NCBI GenBank assembly: GCA_020137815.1
Contig: CM035359.1
Span: 1,798,001-1,862,000 of the forward strand
Source: Hormiphora californensis
Taxonomy: Eukaryota; Animalia; Ctenophora
DNA: 64,000 nucleotides
Reading direction: 5' to 3'
In this document: positions 1 through 21,552 of the stretch, piece after piece
Numbering within the stretch: position 1 is the stretch's first letter
Layout: each line of letters starts with the position of its first letter
Notes under the pieces: model-generated
What the model saw: only the letters and a program-made list of their open reading frames with translations
What the model was told of the DNA's origin: nothing
The model's database searches: none
Program-made: the position numbers and the translations under genes

Positions 1-858
1 AACTGCAGCCGCTGCCGTTTCCAGACTTTCTAAGAATTCCTGTGCCTGTTCGATTGTGTCCGAAAGGAGTGACAGGTCATCAGCGTAATCGGTGTCTGTG
101 ATCTTCACTTCAGGATAACGCCTACTCTTCCTCTTCCTGAGGGTAAATCCAACGTCCCTACCAGCCAGAGCCTCTCTCATGACATAGTCAATAGCTATAA
201 TAAACAAATATGGAGCCAAGGTGTCCCCCTGTAAAACGCCAGCCAGAATTAATATAGCCTCCGTGAGTCCGTCCTCCGTTTTAACCCGGGCCATGGTGTC
301 CTCATACGAACATTCTATAAGCCGAACTAATTTGGCAGGAATACCGTAAGCTCTCAGAATGCGCATAAGAATACCCCTGTGCAAAGAATCAAACGCACGC
401 CGAAAGTCTATAAATAGGATAACAGAAGTTAATTTCCTTTCTGTTACCCCTTCCAACAACCGCCGGAGGGCCAGAATGTGACTGGTAGTAGACCTCCCTG
501 GTCGGAATCCATTCTGGTTATCCCTCAAAATAGGCTCAATATGGGGTAGCAGGCGGTTGAGGATCATCTTATTAAGAGTTTTTAGAGCAACGGAGGTCAG
601 AGAGATTCCCCTATAGTTACTAGTTTTAGTGAGGTCCCCCTTTTTAGGAACTGGAACTATAAGAAGGCTCTTCCATTGTTCAGGGAAACTACCATATTCC
701 AGTGCATCGTTGAAGAACTCTAATACAATGTCATCGACACCTCCCCGTTTCAGGACCTCAGGTGCTAGACCATCATCTCCAGGCGCCTTCCCCTCCTTAA
801 TGGACCTCTTAGCTGCGGTATACTCATCCTGACTGAACGTATCTGTAGATATAGGGTC
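1..858 (-). mobile_element. RTE-like non-LTR retrotransposon reverse transcriptase fragment (5'-truncated, runs off window start)
   Basis: Manual translation of the minus strand is open: KAPGDDGL...IVPVPKKGDLTKTSNYRGISLTS...NQNGFRPGRST...FIDFRRAFDS...GVLQGDTLAPYLF...DTDYADDL; canonical non-LTR RT motifs. Confidence 0.92.
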
Positions 859-1096
859 CCAACAACCGATAAAAAAACTAAATAGATGTTGGATGTCCCT
901 AAACCTGCTCCCATCCTTTGTACTGACTACTGATATATTCTCTCCTCATGCAGGGTCGAGACAGTGATATCTATTTGTTTGGAATATGACCAGATAGTAT
1001 ATGGGATCGCCTCATAACAAGCACAATGCTGACAAAAAGCCCAGGACCAGTACACGATATTTAAATTAACCCTGTGCGATAGAAATTGGTAAGTCT

Positions 1097-1604
1097 CGTT
1101 AAAGTCAGAGTAGACAGAAAAAGAATTGGACAAGCTTGATTGATGTAGTAGAGCAGAACTCTCCGAGTATTTTCACTTTTCCCGCTCTGAAAAGATACAT
1201 TCCTCGCTCTATTATATTTGTTACCAGGGGGCTGGAACTCTATCTCGCTATGTTCTGTGGGCACTGGGCGTGTATGCCCGAACAGTGAACCTGCCCCGCC
1301 GTGTGTATAATAGAGAGCAATTTCACAGCGAGAAATGTATCATTGTATCTTTTGAGAGCGGGAAAAATGGAAAATACTCGGAAAGTTATATGCTCTAAAG
1401 TCGGATTTTTTGAAGTTGTCACCCCCCGTTTCGTGCGCGGAATGTTTTTGCGCGTCACATCACATGTTAACGTGTGGTGTGCGCGTCAAAATTGATAAAT
1501 TTCACATGCGCGGTCATTTTGGGGTGACAACTTCAAAAAATCCGACTTTACTACCTCAATCAAGCTTCTCCAATTCTGCTTCTGTCCACTCTCACTTCAA
1601 TGCG
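1097..1604. mobile_element. Old palindromic MITE with degenerate long TIRs, interrupted by a younger MITE
   Basis: 1097-1210 is the imperfect reverse complement of 1326-1397 joined to 1549-1604. Confidence 0.7.
1398..1548. mobile_element. 151-bp Tc1/mariner-type MITE
   Basis: Perfect TIRs AAGTCGGATTTTTTGAAGTTGTCACCCC / GGGGTGACAACTTCAAAAAATCCGACTT with TA duplication (1396-1397, 1549-1550); the opposite arm of the host MITE has a single TA at this site. Confidence 0.88.
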
Positions 1605-3202
1605 TACGTCAGTATTCCCCACTGACCGGCTTCCTTCATTCATAGCTGTGACATGCATAACTAGAACTGTGACTTGTGTATGTGTGTGTGTTTATAACTG
1701 TGTCAATACATTAATTGTCACTGAAAAGATAGTAATGTTGTTACTGTCCGAGTTATCTAGCTTATTCGGGTTTATAAATAAAAATATCAATATCCCCTAT
1801 AACAAATGAAATTTTCATTTGTTATTGGGGATATTTCTTTGAAAAGGGAGCAAGTGTACGGGTGTGGTTGTACCATAGTTTTGTGTTAGGACTATCCACT
1901 ATAACTGTGTTACTGTTATTGTAAACTTAAATTGTAAATTGTTTTTTCCATTTCAGTAACTGAAGGAGCTGCTAGTGCAAAACTATATGTGGAGGACTAC
2001 AAAATATATAAATAGAGGACTACAAGCCGGCTTATCAATTATTGGCGTAATGACGTGGCTGCTCTGACTTACGATGACATTGGATCTGGTATTAATAAAG
2101 ATTTGACTCTACAAAGACCATAAAAAGGCCATGGACTCTATATTCTAAAATACTCGAAGCTTATAAGAAGAGTCATACGACATACGGGCTGTGATTGTGG
2201 CTGTGATGAGCTGTCGAGGTGAGAGGACATGTAGATTTCATGGGTGTAAAGTAACTGTGAAAGTTGTGTTTTCTCCTTTTGGTCGGGATACGAACTGAAT
2301 AGGGTTTTATTGTAGAACAACGCTACGTTCTACAATATGATATCAAAATTAAAACCCGTCGAATACTCTAGTACTCATTTCATAAAGCTGGTCAGTGGTC
2401 CAGATCCGGCCGGAAGGAGAAAACACAGCTTCCTCGTTAATTATGCGGCTAATCAACAATTTTCTCTCAATAGCTGAGAAACTGATACTGATAGTTCCCA
2501 TAATTTATGTGAAAAATGCGGATCTGTGTGTTATATTTATAATTATCAATTGCCTGATTACCATGCTATTCATTATCATATTTTTAATTTTGTTACCTTA
2601 TTTATAAAACTAAAAGATGTTTATAATTTGACTCCCTACACTGGCGAAAAAAGGAAGATGCTACTGGTTCAAAGTTTCAAACATTGTTTGGTCATGTTTT
2701 TGTTCATCAGCAAGCTGCCGTCTGCCCTGGTAAATTGACGCCTTGGCCTATGCCCTAGAAGCCGTGGAAAACGCGCGCACTTGGGGTCTGCAGCGCATGC
2801 CAAATTGACGCCGAATGTTTGTCTGTTTGTCTGTGACTTGATGGGAGAAACGGCTGACGCGGAGATCAACTCTGTGGGAATTTCGCGCGAGATTTCACGG
2901 CGCGCACGTCGTATGAAAGGTCGAGCACGAGGTCGAGCACAAGGTCTGACCAGTCACGTGACCACTGCGCGTCGTTGAACCGCCGTTGAGCCGCAGCGCG
3001 AAAAAAAGTGCTGACATTGACCGGACCTTGTGCTCGACCTTGTGCTCGACCTTCATGTGCTCGACCTGAACATTTCCGAGTATGCTCATCCAATATTTTC
3101 TTAGAAAAAGCCGCAAAACGCAGCACACGCCGCTCTGGGTGTAACGACTGTGTAAAGACTGTGTAAACGCTGTGTAAATACTGAACTTTTTTAGGGATCC
3201 CT

Positions 3203-3457
3203 GTTGAGGTGGAGAAAGCAACCTTCACTCCACTGGTTTTCTCAACAACTGGGGTCATGGGTCCAAGAGCCGAGGTATTTTACAAGAAGCTTGCAAACCG
3301 TCTCACCGACAAAACCGGGCATACCTATAATGATAGCGATGAAGCGCTTTAGAAAGCTTGCTATTATCGAGAGGACGCTGTTTAAGCTGATCGAGAATAG
3401 CATTATATAGCTCAAAAGCGATTTAAATATGTATAATGTTATTGTTATTGTTATTAT
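3203..3457 (+). mobile_element. 3' remnant of a CRE-like RLE non-LTR retrotransposon
   Basis: Translates VEVEKATFTPLVFSTTGVMGPRAEVFYKKLANRLTDK, matching the FTPLVFSxxGGMG C-terminal RLE motif; followed by a (TTGTTA)n-like tail near 3437-3457. Confidence 0.7.
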
Positions 3458-3645
3458 ATCAGACTACGACTTTCTTTCTCACTCCTAAAAACTGTACTCA
3501 TTTCCATCAGGGGGTTCAGGGGGAATAATGGACTCGGTTTTGTAGTTTAACCAATGACATTAATCTAATCTAATTTATTAATCTTATATGTACTGATTAC
3601 CTTGATTCTTATTCCGTTTTAATTGGACCGGCAAAAAAAAGGTTT

Positions 3646-3907
3646 GGCCAGCGTTAAAATCTGGGTGTTTTGGGAGTGCTGAGTGCTGACAAACGGTTTT
3701 TTAGGGTTAGGGCTAAAGTAGGGTTAGAGTTAGGGTTGGGGTTTGGGTTGGGGTTAGGCCTTGACATTCCCTACCAGATAAACTTTGAATCAGCCAAAAC
3801 GGTTGAGTGGTTACTGGTTTGGCGGTTAGAGCCATTTTAGTGAATCAACTTTTTTGGCAGCGCGCACCTGTAAACAGGCCTCCAAACACCCAGATCGTAA
3901 CGGCGCC
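3646..3907. mobile_element. MITE with internal telomere-like (TTAGGG-variant) tract
   Basis: Imperfect ~28-bp TIRs (GGCCAGCGTTAAAATCTGGGTGTTT / AAACACCCAGATCGTAACGGCGCC); TTAGGG/TTGGGG run at 3701-3758. Confidence 0.6.
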
Positions 3908-4294
3908 CCTGAAGTTTGAAGTCCGAAGTTTCGCGAAAACCCATTTTTGGCTGAGAAATCGTTTATAAGTGGCTAACTTATTTACTGGTACATCTCTCGA
4001 GGTGTCCTTTATCCGTACTGAGTCAATTTCACTGTTTTTGAAATTTTTGGCTTATTCGGTCACATTTGTGCCAATTCACCAAAAATTGCAGGGTGGTTAC
4101 TGGTTCTCTGCAAGGAGAGACTTTTTAGTTTTTGTGAAAACCGGGGTTGCTGGTGCTAGGAGAGACTAAGCTATGTGCCATCCCAAGTGATGTGAATTCA
4201 GCAAAAGAAATGGGTTCAAAGTACTTCTTAGAGAATATTCGAGAATGATAACGTATGACGTATCATCCCCCGGTAGTGGCCCTGGATAGGTACC

Positions 4295-5897
4295 CACCCG
4301 CAGTACCAATACCTCCTGTACCAATACCTCCAGTACCGAATAGGTACTGGACGTATTGGTACAGAGGGCAGAAAGGAGGGATCAAATGCCCTGTGTACCA
4401 ACGATAGGTTAATGAGATCTCGTTGGTACACAGGGCATTTGACCCCCCTATTTCACCCTCTGTACCAACGAGTACATACCAACCGTACCAATATGACATT
4501 CATGGTGAATAGTATGTAAAAATACTGTTTAATCTGAAATGTATTTAGCCGAATAGTAGTTGCATAGATAGACTCGAACTTGGGTTAACTCATTGCCAGA
4601 GAATTGCTATTAACCAGCTCGACTCCAAACCGATCCGGTATCATTGTGATATGTGAAATTATGTTGGAACCATGTCATGGATGTAGGTGTGATGGGATAG
4701 GAGTAAGAAATGAGCTCCTCTCCTCCGTTTCGTAGTGTTCTGTTGTCCTCAAACGAGCCTTGCAGCCTCCGTCCGTTTTTTGTTTCAGTACCAGTATTAT
4801 ACCACTAACGCTCCTGACTTTAGTGCTCTTGGTTTCCCGTCTCTCACAAAAAGTTGTCCCCCAACGGCTAATTGCTTCCCACCGCTATTTCCAAGAACGA
4901 CATTAACAGTATCGTCTTGCGGAAGTTCTTCTTCAACTGAAAGACGAAGTTGTTTAATTCAACTGTAACTGCAGTAGCTAACTGTGCCACATAAAGTGAG
5001 AGCGCCTTTGCTATTACACGAAGACCAAGCCCCAATCGGCCATCTCGTATTGCTAATTGGAGTTACACACTGCAACCCGAGGAGCTGTACGGTAACACCA
5101 AGTCCCACTAACCGAAGCTAAGGGCGTATGCTATGGGGGGAGGGTGGATTAATCCGGATTCAAATTGGAGTGATAAGAAAGTAAACACTTACGATGTTCG
5201 TTAGCGGCACAAGTAGCAGAATAATCATCTGAAATCGGCACTGAAGGTGATTCAGCATCTAACTCCAAAATCGATGCAACGTCAAAAGTAGGGCTAGGAT
5301 TGACTGTAACGCTTACTTAGGCTATCATAATCAGCAAACTGGGAAGGCGGTTCAATGATACCGGATCGCGTCTAGTCAATATTGTGACATGGTTCCAACA
5401 TAATTTCACATACCAAAATGATACCGGATCGCGTCTAGTCCAATTTTATACAGTTAATTAGCTTTGGAGTCGAGCTGGTTAATAGCAATTCTATTGCAAT
5501 GAGTTAACCCAAGTTCGAGATCTATGCAACTACCATTCGGCTAAATACATTTCCAATTAAACAGTATTTTTACATACTATTCACCTAGTTGTCTCATATA
5601 AGACTGTCCTCTTCGCACCTGGTATACAATCAGTGTCTGCCAATATTCACCATGAATGTCATATTGGTACGGTTTTTTTTTTTTTTTTTTTGAGACCTCC
5701 CCGGTACGGTTGGTATGTACTCGTTGGTACAGAGGGTGAAATAGGGGGGTCAAATGCCCTGTGTACCAACGAGATCTCATTAACCTATCGTTGGTACACA
5801 GGGCATTTGACCCCTCCTTTCTGCCCTCTGTACCAATACGTCCAGTACCTATTCGGTACTGGAGGTATTGGTACAGGAGGTATTGGTACTGCGGGTG
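4295..5897. mobile_element. Foldback-like element with long inverted arms, each containing an internal hairpin
   Basis: 4295-4677 is the reverse complement of 5385-5897 once two small insertions are removed; each arm holds a 23-bp perfect stem TCAAATGCCCTGTGTACCAACGA. Confidence 0.85.
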
Positions 5898-6158
5898 TGA
5901 TTCCCCTGGATACACCAATCTGGTTTCATCACACCCCGTAAAGGAGGGTTAGAACTTGGTATCGAAGACACCTCACACTCAGGCTGCTTCGCGGCATTCG
6001 TTCGTGCAGAAGGTTATTGGGTATATATATTCCGCGAGAAAACACATGACAAGCAAAACAATCATAATTTTGGGTGATTACGGCAGGAATTCGAAAAGGA
6101 ATTGAAAGTTGTTCACCACAGAGCCTCCATTTCCCCATCTTTCTTTCGTTTCAATATC

Positions 6159-6522
6159 TTAGTGGCAGAGGATTTGCTTGGCGAGCATGATAGCAATCTG
6201 GTATTCGGGAGGAACAGGGAAGGGGATATCTCCATTACAAAGAATATCATGCTTCAGTTCAATCAGCTTGGCAATCTGAGGAGGGAGAGAGGGGTTTAGA
6301 CATCATTTTAATGAACTCTGTCTAGAAAATGAGAGGTTTTTCTAAGTAGAACAGATCACTTACCCACTCCTGAAGAGTTTCGAAGTCGATAAACTTGAAG
6401 CCATCCTCCAGAGAATCATCAAAGACGGCCATCTCTTTCGGGGGACAGGGCATCATGTAGTTGGGAGGACAGATGGCCGCGATGGCTCCAACCAGAGAGA
6501 TGAGGACGAGAGTAAACTTCAT
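6159..6522 (-). CDS. Small secreted Cys-containing protein, 91 aa, 2 exons (6522-6364, 6275-6159); unknown family
   Basis: Signal-peptide-like N-terminus MKFTLVLISLVGAIAA; phase-0 intron GTAAGT...CCTCCTCAG; exon 2 is in frame (IAKLIELKHDILCNGDIPFPVPPEYQIAIMLAKQILCH*). Confidence 0.8.
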
Positions 6523-7199
6523 GTTGAGATTGTAGATGAGTTTGGGTAACTGAGAGAAGTATGAAGGGGCTTTTAAATGGTGGTGAACTGGAATGTGCTA
6601 ATTCAGTTTCCAGGTGGTCGTTCAGTTGTAATTAGGTTGAAGAAAACCTAGCTGGTTAGCACGTTTTTTGAGAACAATAGAGGTTGAAGAAAATAAAAAG
6701 ATTCCCAGTTTAGAACAATAGATTACGACAATTTTCTCACAGAAATTCCGCTGTTTTTCAGCCACAAATTTAAACTGTTTTTTAAACAACTTACCACGTC
6801 TTTTTTTAAACGAATTACCACGTCGTAGGGTGACGATATGTCAGTGACACCCATGAGTCATCGAAGGGGGAGGGCACTAGGTTGCAGCACGAGATGTTTG
6901 TAAGACTCAATCGCCCAGAGTTAGGGGTGGCAGGGACATTCATCAACATCATCAGGCCCTCAGTGTAACCTGCACCCCGATAACCTCAGAGTGTGCGTTC
7001 CTAGTTAACTCTGAGTTTCAAACACAACATAGAGACGTCATCTTTTCACCAAACTTTTAGTTGGGCATCAAGGAATGTCACACACAATTTATTTAGACAT
7101 TATTCCAACTTTCGTTTTCGTGCACCTCTCACTTGAATGGTACAACCTAATATCTAGTTTCTGATTATAGTCTCACCCTACCCTTCTTAATCTAGCACT

Positions 7200-15948
<8,749 letters not shown>

Positions 15949-16571
15949 AATGTGAAAATGTTATGAGGGTTACAAGTGGTAACTTACCGCTAAGACTTGT
16001 CTGTTAAAACAGAAAAAGGATGATCCCTAGAAGACAAAATATAATGTGGGCTTGGGTGTGTGTGTGCTGTGCACAAGAGAGCAAACAAGATATGTAGAGA
16101 GAGAGAAATCCCAAATATATTGGTTTACAAATATTATCCCCCTGTTAACTTGTATGCTTTTCCCGTTGTAATATTAAACAAATTAAAGTGTTTTTCTTTT
16201 ATTTCTAACCACAAGTTACCGATTATAATTTTTACTGAAATTTTCAGAATTTTCACAATCTCTCATGGTATGGTGCTGACGTAAATTCTCTCACGCAGAG
16301 AATGCTATACTATTAGTTTGACGTAAATTCTATTTCTATTCTAATTTCTTAACCGCCATGAAATCTCTCGCTCTCTCCAATGCAATTGTGTCTACATATC
16401 TTTGAATTTCAGTCTCGCTATCTCAAATCTCCAATAATTTACGAATTCACCTAACTGAGAGAAATAACTGAGAAATCGGTAACTTGAAGGCTGAACAAAT
16501 GAACCAGACGGGTATAATTACCTTATCACCCCGTGCCTGAACAAAGTTCAACCTTGGATAATATAATAATA

Positions 16572-17626
16572 ACCCCCGTGTCACGTACCTTGTTGAGTAA
16601 CCCCCGTGTCACGTACCTTGTTGAGTAACCCCCGTGTCACTTACCTTGTTGAGTAACCCCCGTGTCACTTACCTTGTTGAGTAACCCCCGTGTCACGTAC
16701 CTTGTTGAGTAACCCCCGTGTCACGTACCTTGTTGAGTAACCCTCGTGTCACGTGCCTTGTTGAGTAACTTCCGTGTAACGTACCTTGTTGAGTAACCTC
16801 CGTGTCACGTACCTTGTTGAGTAACCTCCGTGTCACGTATCTTGTTGAGTAACCCCTGTGTCACGTACCTTGTTGAGTAACCCCCGTGTCACGTACCTTG
16901 TTGAGTAACCCCCGTGTCACGTACCTTGTTGAGTAACCCCCGTGTAACGTACCTTGTTGACTGTTGAGTAACCCCCGTGTCACGTACCTTGTTGAGTAAC
17001 CCCCGTGTCACGTACCTTGTTGAGTAACCCCCGTGTCACGTACCTTGTTGAGTAACCCCCGTGTCACGTACCTTGTTGAGTAACCCCCGTGTCACGTACC
17101 TTGTTGAGTAACCCCCGTGTCACGTACCTTGTTGAGTAACCCCCGTGTCACGTACCTTGTTGTGTAACCCCCGTGTCACGTACCTTGTTGAATAACCCCG
17201 TGTCACGTAACTTGTTGAGTAACCCCCGTGTCACGTACCTTGTTGAGTAACCCCCGTGTCACGTACCTTGTTGAGTAACCCCCGTGTCACGTACCTTGTT
17301 GAGTAACCCCCGTGTCACGTACCTTGTTGAGTAACCCCCGTGTCACGGACCTTGTTGAGTAACCCCCGTGTCACGTACCTTGTTGAGTAACCCCTGTGTC
17401 ACGTACCTTGTTGAGTAACCCCCGTGTCACGTACCTTGTTGAGTAACCCCCGTGTCACGTACCTTGTTGAGTAACCCCCGTGTCACGTACCTTGTTGAGT
17501 AACCCCCGTGTCACGGACCTTGTTGAGTAACCCCCGTGTCACGTACCTTGTTGAGTAACCCCTGTGTCACGTACCTTGTTGAGTAACCCCCGTGTCACGT
17601 GCCTTGTTGGGTAACCCCCGTGTCAC
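16572..17626. repeat. 28-bp minisatellite (CCCCCGTGTCACGTACCTTGTTGAGTAA), about 37 copies
   Basis: Head-to-tail near-identical units with no spacers. Confidence 0.97.
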
Positions 17627-18049
17627 ACCGCTCCTATGGTTCAGTAGATCCACGTAACGTCGTGTGTCATACCATAACATGTGATATTTTGTTGTGTGTC
17701 ATATCATAACATGTGATATGCTATCCGCTGGGTCTTGTGTCATGGCTGTCATACTGTCATCACCATACTGTCATAACCACCAACAAATCGAAACGCGGGT
17801 TCTTTTTGTTTCGGGCACATAAAATGCCCATTCAATATATTTGAAGCGTATATTGTGTACAATACTGTGTGTTTTAATATAGAATCATAAAGCTCTGTAC
17901 TCATAAAAATATTACGTTCCAATCCCCACAAAATCAATATATTTAACCTTTGTGAAGTAGTCTTACTTCATCTCATTATATATCTCTTTTTCACATACAC
18001 GACGCAATTCAAGAATTTTGTTTTTTGCAAACTCTCCCAGATCTCATGG

Positions 18050-18169
18050 TTGGTGACCTGTCAGAGCATTGGCGGAGCGCGCGAGAACTGTGGTCAGAGC
18101 ATTGGCCTGACAGTTGGTGACATAGACACCTGGCGCGATGGGGGTCGCACCAGGTGTCTATGTCACCAA
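18050..18169. mobile_element. 120-bp MULE-like MITE
   Basis: TIR TTGGTGAC/GTCACCAA, 9-bp TSD ATCTCATGG (18041-18049, 18170-18178), internal 20-bp perfect hairpin. Confidence 0.75.
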
Positions 18170-18623
18170 ATCTCATGGCTGATAATGATCAAAAGGGAGT
18201 GTGAACAGCTCTCTCTCTCTACAATACATTATCGTAATATAGATATCATTATAAAACATTAGCACATACAAACAACAGTTGAAAACATTTCATAAACATA
18301 CCGGGGGGGGGGGGGGGGAAATAAGTCAACTCAAACCTCTGCAAAATTACTCAAAATCGAGTTAATATACAACTTGGTGAGCTGCTACCTAAATTAATCA
18401 ATTAAAATTAATTAATTAATATCACCTAGCGGATTGAGATCCTAAATTAGCGTTTCCTCCCTGTGCTGCTGATGAACTACTGGGAGTTTTACTGAATGGC
18501 CCAAAAGCAAACATTGTCCTGTTAAAAAACCGGGGCGAATGGGCTCCATTGTCCGTGATTCTTCTCGGGGAAATGAGGCTGGAGACTAGGGGCGAGGTTT
18601 TGGAGCTCTTCTTTCCCCCTTGA

Positions 18624-18805
18624 TTATGGTTGGTCGAGAGATGTGGATCGTGATCTTGTCCACTCTTGTGGAAGATAGCGGAGAATGCCCGAGCGCTGTG
18701 GATGACTTTGTCCAGGGAATGAGGTCGGATTTATCACTCGTTTACTGGGAGCGGGAGAGGGAGAGGCGGGCCGTGATATTGTATCCTCTTCGTTCGTTAT
18801 TATTT
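18624..18805 (-). CDS. Probable terminal exon of the SIK/MARK-like kinase (tentative)
   Basis: CTCTCCACAG acceptor, then open frame IITNEEDTISRPASPSPAPSKR...WTRSRSTSLDQP*; the connection to upstream exons is not resolved. Confidence 0.4.
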
Positions 18806-19288
18806 CTGTGGAGAGGGGGCTTGGTTAGTGTGTTAGATTTTATCATATATTTGGGCACGTCGCGCCCCTCATGTTCGCGGGTAAGTCATATATAACTTGT
18901 CTGATATTTTAAACATGACGAGTATCAGGTCTAGGTCTAGGACTACTATTATAGACCCCGCTGGGTCAAATAGACGCCCGCCCCGCGCGAACAATTTGCA
19001 CTGGTCTATTGAGCTATTATAGAGTATAGTAACTAGACTGTCACAGTAACTATACATGTATACATTGTACATGTATATATTGTATAGTTCGACCAGGGAG
19101 TTACTGGCAGACACTGTGATAACGTCTCGAAGACAATTATCGTGACGATGGTTGAGGAATTCTTCTAGAATTCAACTGTCGCTGTACGCTGCATTATTTC
19201 TTCGCGGGTGCACAGACATTAGACGTCAATTTGGTTAAGACATGTAGTAGATGTCTCCACCCACGACGATCTCAGGCGTCATTTGAGA

Positions 19289-19384
<96 letters not shown>

Positions 19385-20202
19385 GAGAAATGTAATGGCT
19401 CTATTCATAGATCTTATAAATTTGCAATTTAATATAATAGACTCTATTTTATTTTCAAGATCTCAGGGAGAGCCACTAACATCAAAAAGTGGTCCTAATT
19501 GGAGCTGTCCTAGGCCAATGCTCTGACAGCCTTGGAGTGACCCCATCTGAGCGCACTGTCAGATTTGAGAATCAAATTTGGGTATGGCACCGCCATGCAG
19601 GGCAGCCTTGGAGTGACCCTTGAGTGGGTACAAGGAGTATTATGATCATACAAAGTCCCTGAAACTATTTCAACTCACCACATCGGAGCCATTGTTTGAT
19701 TGGCTTAGTGTCGATACTGCCACGTTCCAAGAGCTGCTCCTCAAATAACTTATAGATTGCCGTGAAGTCGTTAAATAGGTAGGAGTGGTAACTCTGGAAA
19801 GAGGGAACGGGTTAGTATTTGGTCGGGGTAGAATATTTTTGTAGCTCTGCGAGTGTTCGGTAGAGCTAGGTATAGAATGTTCAATGCAGAGTCTAAATAT
19901 TTGTTCCCTGTTGACTTCTCCCAACCGGCAGCTAGAAGATAAATTGCCGAGCTGAACAGATGGAAGATCCGATGTATATTGCCAATGCCCCCCCCCCTCC
20001 CTCCCTTAAAATTGGGTCCCCTTTCCCTTAATACTGTGTCCGTGCTCAACCTTTCGACATCCAATAAAAACGAGTAGCTAAGTATGTAGCGATACTTTTC
20101 TTTGTACCGAAAAAACACTTGTTAGGATTTCTCGGTATTGAAATACGTATATTAAAATATGTTACAATACAGCGAGAGAGATATGTAGAGAGAGAGATAT
20201 AT

Positions 20203-20243
<41 letters not shown>

Positions 20244-20266
20244 AGAGAGAGAGATCAGTGAGAGAG

Positions 20267-20302
<36 letters not shown>

Positions 20303-20408
20303 AGAGGAGAGTAGAGAAAGAGAGAAAGAAGAGATATCAGATCACTATATAGAGATATAGATCTATATATAGAGATTAGCATATATACTAGAGATATCAT
20401 CGTTAGCG

Positions 20409-20439
<31 letters not shown>

Positions 20440-20450
20440 GTATCTCTCTC

Positions 20451-20489
<39 letters not shown>

Positions 20490-20719
20490 CCCTCCCCCTG
20501 ATAGCTTGGTGATGAGGGACAAAAAGAATGGGGGATCTCTCTCAATGCAATTTAGATTGACGTCATATGTTCATTCCATCTCACTGCCCAGCCTCTAACT
20601 CTCTACACAAAGCCCTCTCTCTCTCCATCAACATCTATCTCTCTCACTCTCTCTCTCACTCTCTCTCACTCTCCCCGCACAACAACTCTAATAAATTCAT
20701 ACTGATATTTTAGTAAAGA

Positions 20720-21552
20720 GGGGGGGGGCCAACGCTCATTTTTTATAATATTTTTTATATATTTTATATACCTTTTTTTTGGAAAAAAAAAACAATAATT
20801 TTTTATATATATATAAAATATATAAAAATATATAAAAATACATATGAATATATAAAATATAATAAAAATATAATAAAAACATATATAAAAAATATATAAA
20901 AAGATTGTGACCGAAAGTGTGAAAACAGAAAGCTGTTTTTCGCCATAGCGGGATCAAATATCATTCAATTGATCTCAAACTTGGTCAGCATCTTCATCTA
21001 GATAATCCTGATGATTTTCCGTCATCAATGTGACGTTTGTAACATCGTGACGTCGCGTCAATAACGTCATGACGTCAAAATGACGTCAAAAATGATTTGT
21101 TTTTTTAGTTTCGCGATCCCAACCTCTATTCACCAGTTCTAGTACATCTGCACGGATCAACATACAAAAAAATGATTGAAATCACACCAAAACTGGTAGA
21201 TATTATTAGGCCGGAACCTCTCTTCACCAGTTCTACTTTTGACAGTGCATAATTCACTTTTGAACACATTCTCAATTATGTAAAACAGCTATCACCCTCT
21301 CAAACACTTAAATTAACTCTATGAAACATATTCAAGTGAACAATAGATGGAAATAATCCCCTTTTTTGAAAGTAAAAGGGGTGAAAAAGGGTTTATTTTA
21401 TATATTTTTATATATTTTTATATATTTTTTATATAACTTTATATATTTTTATATATTTTTATATATTTTATATATTTTTATATATTTTTATATATATATA
21501 AAAAATTCCAAAATTAAGGAAATATATAAAAAATTCGTTGGCCCCCCCCCCC
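20720..21552. mobile_element. 833-bp non-autonomous DNA transposon with AT-rich subterminal repeats
   Basis: TIR G9-CCAACG / CGTTGG-C11; perfect 8-bp TSD AGTAAAGA (20712-20719, 21553-21560). Confidence 0.9.

Noticed and set aside
3701-3758. Telomere or chromosome fusion site
   Set aside because: Short, degenerate and enclosed by TIRs of a small element
16572-17626. CRISPR-like array
   Set aside because: Units are contiguous with no unique spacers, there are no cas genes, and the context is eukaryotic
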